DNA from: Candidatus Sigynarchaeum calidifontis
GTDB taxonomy: Archaea > Asgardarchaeota > Lokiarchaeia > Sigyniarchaeales > Sigyniarchaeaceae
DNA length: 36,034 nt
Assembly: GCA_030587475.2 (NCBI GenBank)
Contig: JAUQYZ020000232.1
Span: forward strand, 1 to 36,034
Direction of reading: 5' to 3'
Position 1 is the stretch's first letter; each line of letters begins with the position of its first letter. Position numbers and translations under genes: made by a program. This document shows, one piece after another, positions 34,391 through 36,034 of this stretch. The notes beneath the pieces are model-generated. The model saw nothing but the letters and a program-made list of their open reading frames with translations. It ran no database searches and was not told the origin of the DNA.

Positions 34391-36034
34391 TTGGTAAGCA
34401 GGAGTCGCAGGAAGGCCACGCCAGGCTATGCGCCCAGGGTGCCTAAAGGCCAGACCACGTTGACGCAGTTGATAAAGAACATCAATGCCCAGCAAGACGG
34501 CACGATCATGGTCCGGCGCAGCGACGAGACCATGGTCCCGTTCGACAAGCGATTTATCGCCAGGTCGCTCATCAAGGAAACCGAGCTCGCGCCCAGGTTG
34601 TTCGACGTGCCCCCCATTTCCAAGGAGGACGCGTTCATGATCGCTGCCGAGGTCGAGCGGACCTTCATCGCAATCAACCCGCCGTTCGTCAACAGCTCGC
34701 TCATACGGGAACTGGTCAATTTCACCTTGCTCAAACTGCAGAAACGACATCCCGAGTATGCGCTATACCGGAACTTGATGAGTCATGTCGGGGCGTCGTT
34801 TTCGGACATCTGGGGCTCGCTCTGGAGGGAGAAGGGCTTCGAGGACAAGGAAAATGCCAACCAGCAATCGGGCAACCCCGAGACCATCCACAAGAAAGTC
34901 GCGGATATGGTCATCAAGGCCACGATGCCCCTTGGCTTGCCGCCCCGGATCGAGAAGGCGCACTACATGGGCGACTTGCACCTGCACCAGCTCGAGTACC
35001 CGAACCGGCCGTTTTGCAGCGATTACGACTTGCGGTTCGTGCTGCTCAACGGCTTGCTTTGCGATGGCACGGGCTATTACACGGCCGCGGCCGGGCCCGC
35101 CAGGCACCCAGAAGTACCGGTGCTGCACGCCGTGAAGGTCATGGCAGCTGGACAATGTGCTTGCCAAGGTGGGCAAGGGCTCTTCAATTTCAACGTTTTT
35201 CTCGCCCCGTACTTGCGCGGCTTGACTTACGAACGCATCAGGCAGCTTGCCGAAATGTTTCTCTACGAGACGAACGAGACCTACGTGAGCCGCGGCGGCC
35301 AGCTCGTGTTCTCGAGTATCCAGATCGAGGCGGGAGTGCCGAAGCTCTGGAAGAACGCCCCCGTGGTCATGGGTGGTAAGATCTACGAGAACCAGACATA
35401 TGCAGATTACGAACCAGAGGCGAGGCTATTCGCAAAGGCATTGCTGGAGAAGTACATCCAGGGCGACCGGCTCGGCAAGATGTTCTTCTTTCCCAAGCCC
35501 GAGATCCGGCTGCGGAAGGAATATTTCACCGACCCCGAGTCCCGCGAGATCATCGCGCTCGCTTGCAAGCTATCCTCGAAGTACGGGTCCTCGTATTTCG
35601 ACAGCGTGGTGCCCGATTACCGCGACGCGGACGGCCAGGACTGCTACCAGTGTTGCGCTTACCACTTCAGCGAGGATAAGGACAAGATCACGCCCAAGGT
35701 CATGTACGAGAACGGCGAACACTTCAGCATGGGCGGGAACCAGGTGGTCACGATCAACTTGCCGAGGCTCGCGTACAAGGCGAACGGTAACGATGACGCG
35801 CTGCACGAGGAGCTTGCCAATGTCATGGACATTGCCAAGGACTTCTTGATCTTGAAGCGGGAGTGGATGCTCAAGTTCGCGCGGACGGGATCGCTACCGT
35901 TCCTTACTCAGCGGCCGCGCGACCACCCGGATCACCCGCCGCTCGTCGATCTCGACGCGCAGTCGCTCATCATCGGGTTTAACGGGGCAAACGAGATGGT
36001 GCAGTACCACACGGGCCAGCAGCTGCACGAGTCC
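34391..36034 (+). CDS. nrdD: Anaerobic (class III) ribonucleoside-triphosphate reductase with an N-terminal ATP cone, truncated by the window edge
   Basis: Absent from the ORF track because it has no stop. TTG 34391 follows AAGGAGGG and the frame is open for 548 codons: VRRSDETMVPFDK (ATP cone), KENAN, GDLHLHQLEY, RPFC, GGQG..NFNVFLAPY, SRGGQ, FPKP, YQCC, VVTINLPRLAY, IGFNGANEMV. Confidence 0.95.
   Translation, partial: MVSRSRRKATPGYAPRVPKGQTTLTQLIKNINAQQDGTIMVRRSDETMVPFDKRFIARSLIKETELAPRLFDVPPISKEDAFMIAAEVERTFIAINPPFVNSSLIRELVNFTLLKLQKRHPEYALYRNLMSHVGASFSDIWGSLWREKGFEDKENANQQSGNPETIHKKVADMVIKATMPLGLPPRIEKAHYMGDLHLHQLEYPNRPFCSDYDLRFVLLNGLLCDGTGYYTAAAGPARHPEVPVLHAVKVMAAGQCACQGGQGLFNFNVFLAPYLRGLTYERIRQLAEMFLYETNETYVSRGGQLVFSSIQIEAGVPKLWKNAPVVMGGKIYENQTYADYEPEARLFAKALLEKYIQGDRLGKMFFFPKPEIRLRKEYFTDPESREIIALACKLSSKYGSSYFDSVVPDYRDADGQDCYQCCAYHFSEDKDKITPKVMYENGEHFSMGGNQVVTINLPRLAYKANGNDDALHEELANVMDIAKDFLILKREWMLKFARTGSLPFLTQRPRDHPDHPPLVDLDAQSLIIGFNGANEMVQYHTGQQLHES

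Noticed and set aside
34391-36034. Intein or intron in nrdD
   Set aside because: The frame is continuous and NrdD motifs follow at normal spacing through the visible part.

Overview
A 36-kb, mostly GC-rich, gene-dense chromosomal window that is almost certainly from an Asgard archaeon, probably Lokiarchaeia-like. This is an inference from the Arf-type and Rab-type small GTPases, two JAB/MPN proteins, a Yip1-domain protein, archaeal-type CoaD, FAU-1 RNase and TATA-like boxes about 25-35 bp upstream of starts. Metabolic and housekeeping genes: MOP-type flippase, GlcD-like FAD oxidoreductase with an HdrD/GlcF-like Fe-S partner, SDR, FGGY sugar kinase, SplB-like radical SAM, thrC, coaD, membrane-anchored purple-acid-phosphatase-like enzyme, Gfo/Idh/MocA oxidoreductase, ChlI/ChlD-like AAA+-vWA protein, OsmC, FAU-1 and nrdH-nrdD. 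nrdD runs off the right edge and is missing from the ORF track. A dead IS630 element (17741-18922, TA duplication, A7 frameshift, premature TAA) splits a membrane-protein gene that can be rebuilt in frame. A frameshifted Rieske ferredoxin remnant lies in the 24.36-24.54 kb gap. The most striking candidate new system is a single-chain Arf-like GTPase fused to a coiled coil, a polyproline linker and a C-terminal helix (MMDELKAIFAKKR) resembling the Ena/VASP F-actin-binding motif, a possible GTP-switched actin regulator. Other notable items: a UEV/UBC-like-JAMM protease fusion, a JAMM variant with an altered active site, an SCP2-like domain on the Fe-S oxidoreductase, a PIP-box-like tail on the radical SAM protein, and a cluster of small uncharacterised zinc-binding/basic proteins. 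No rRNA, tRNA or CRISPR array was recognised. All family calls come from motif recognition by eye, not from database searches.
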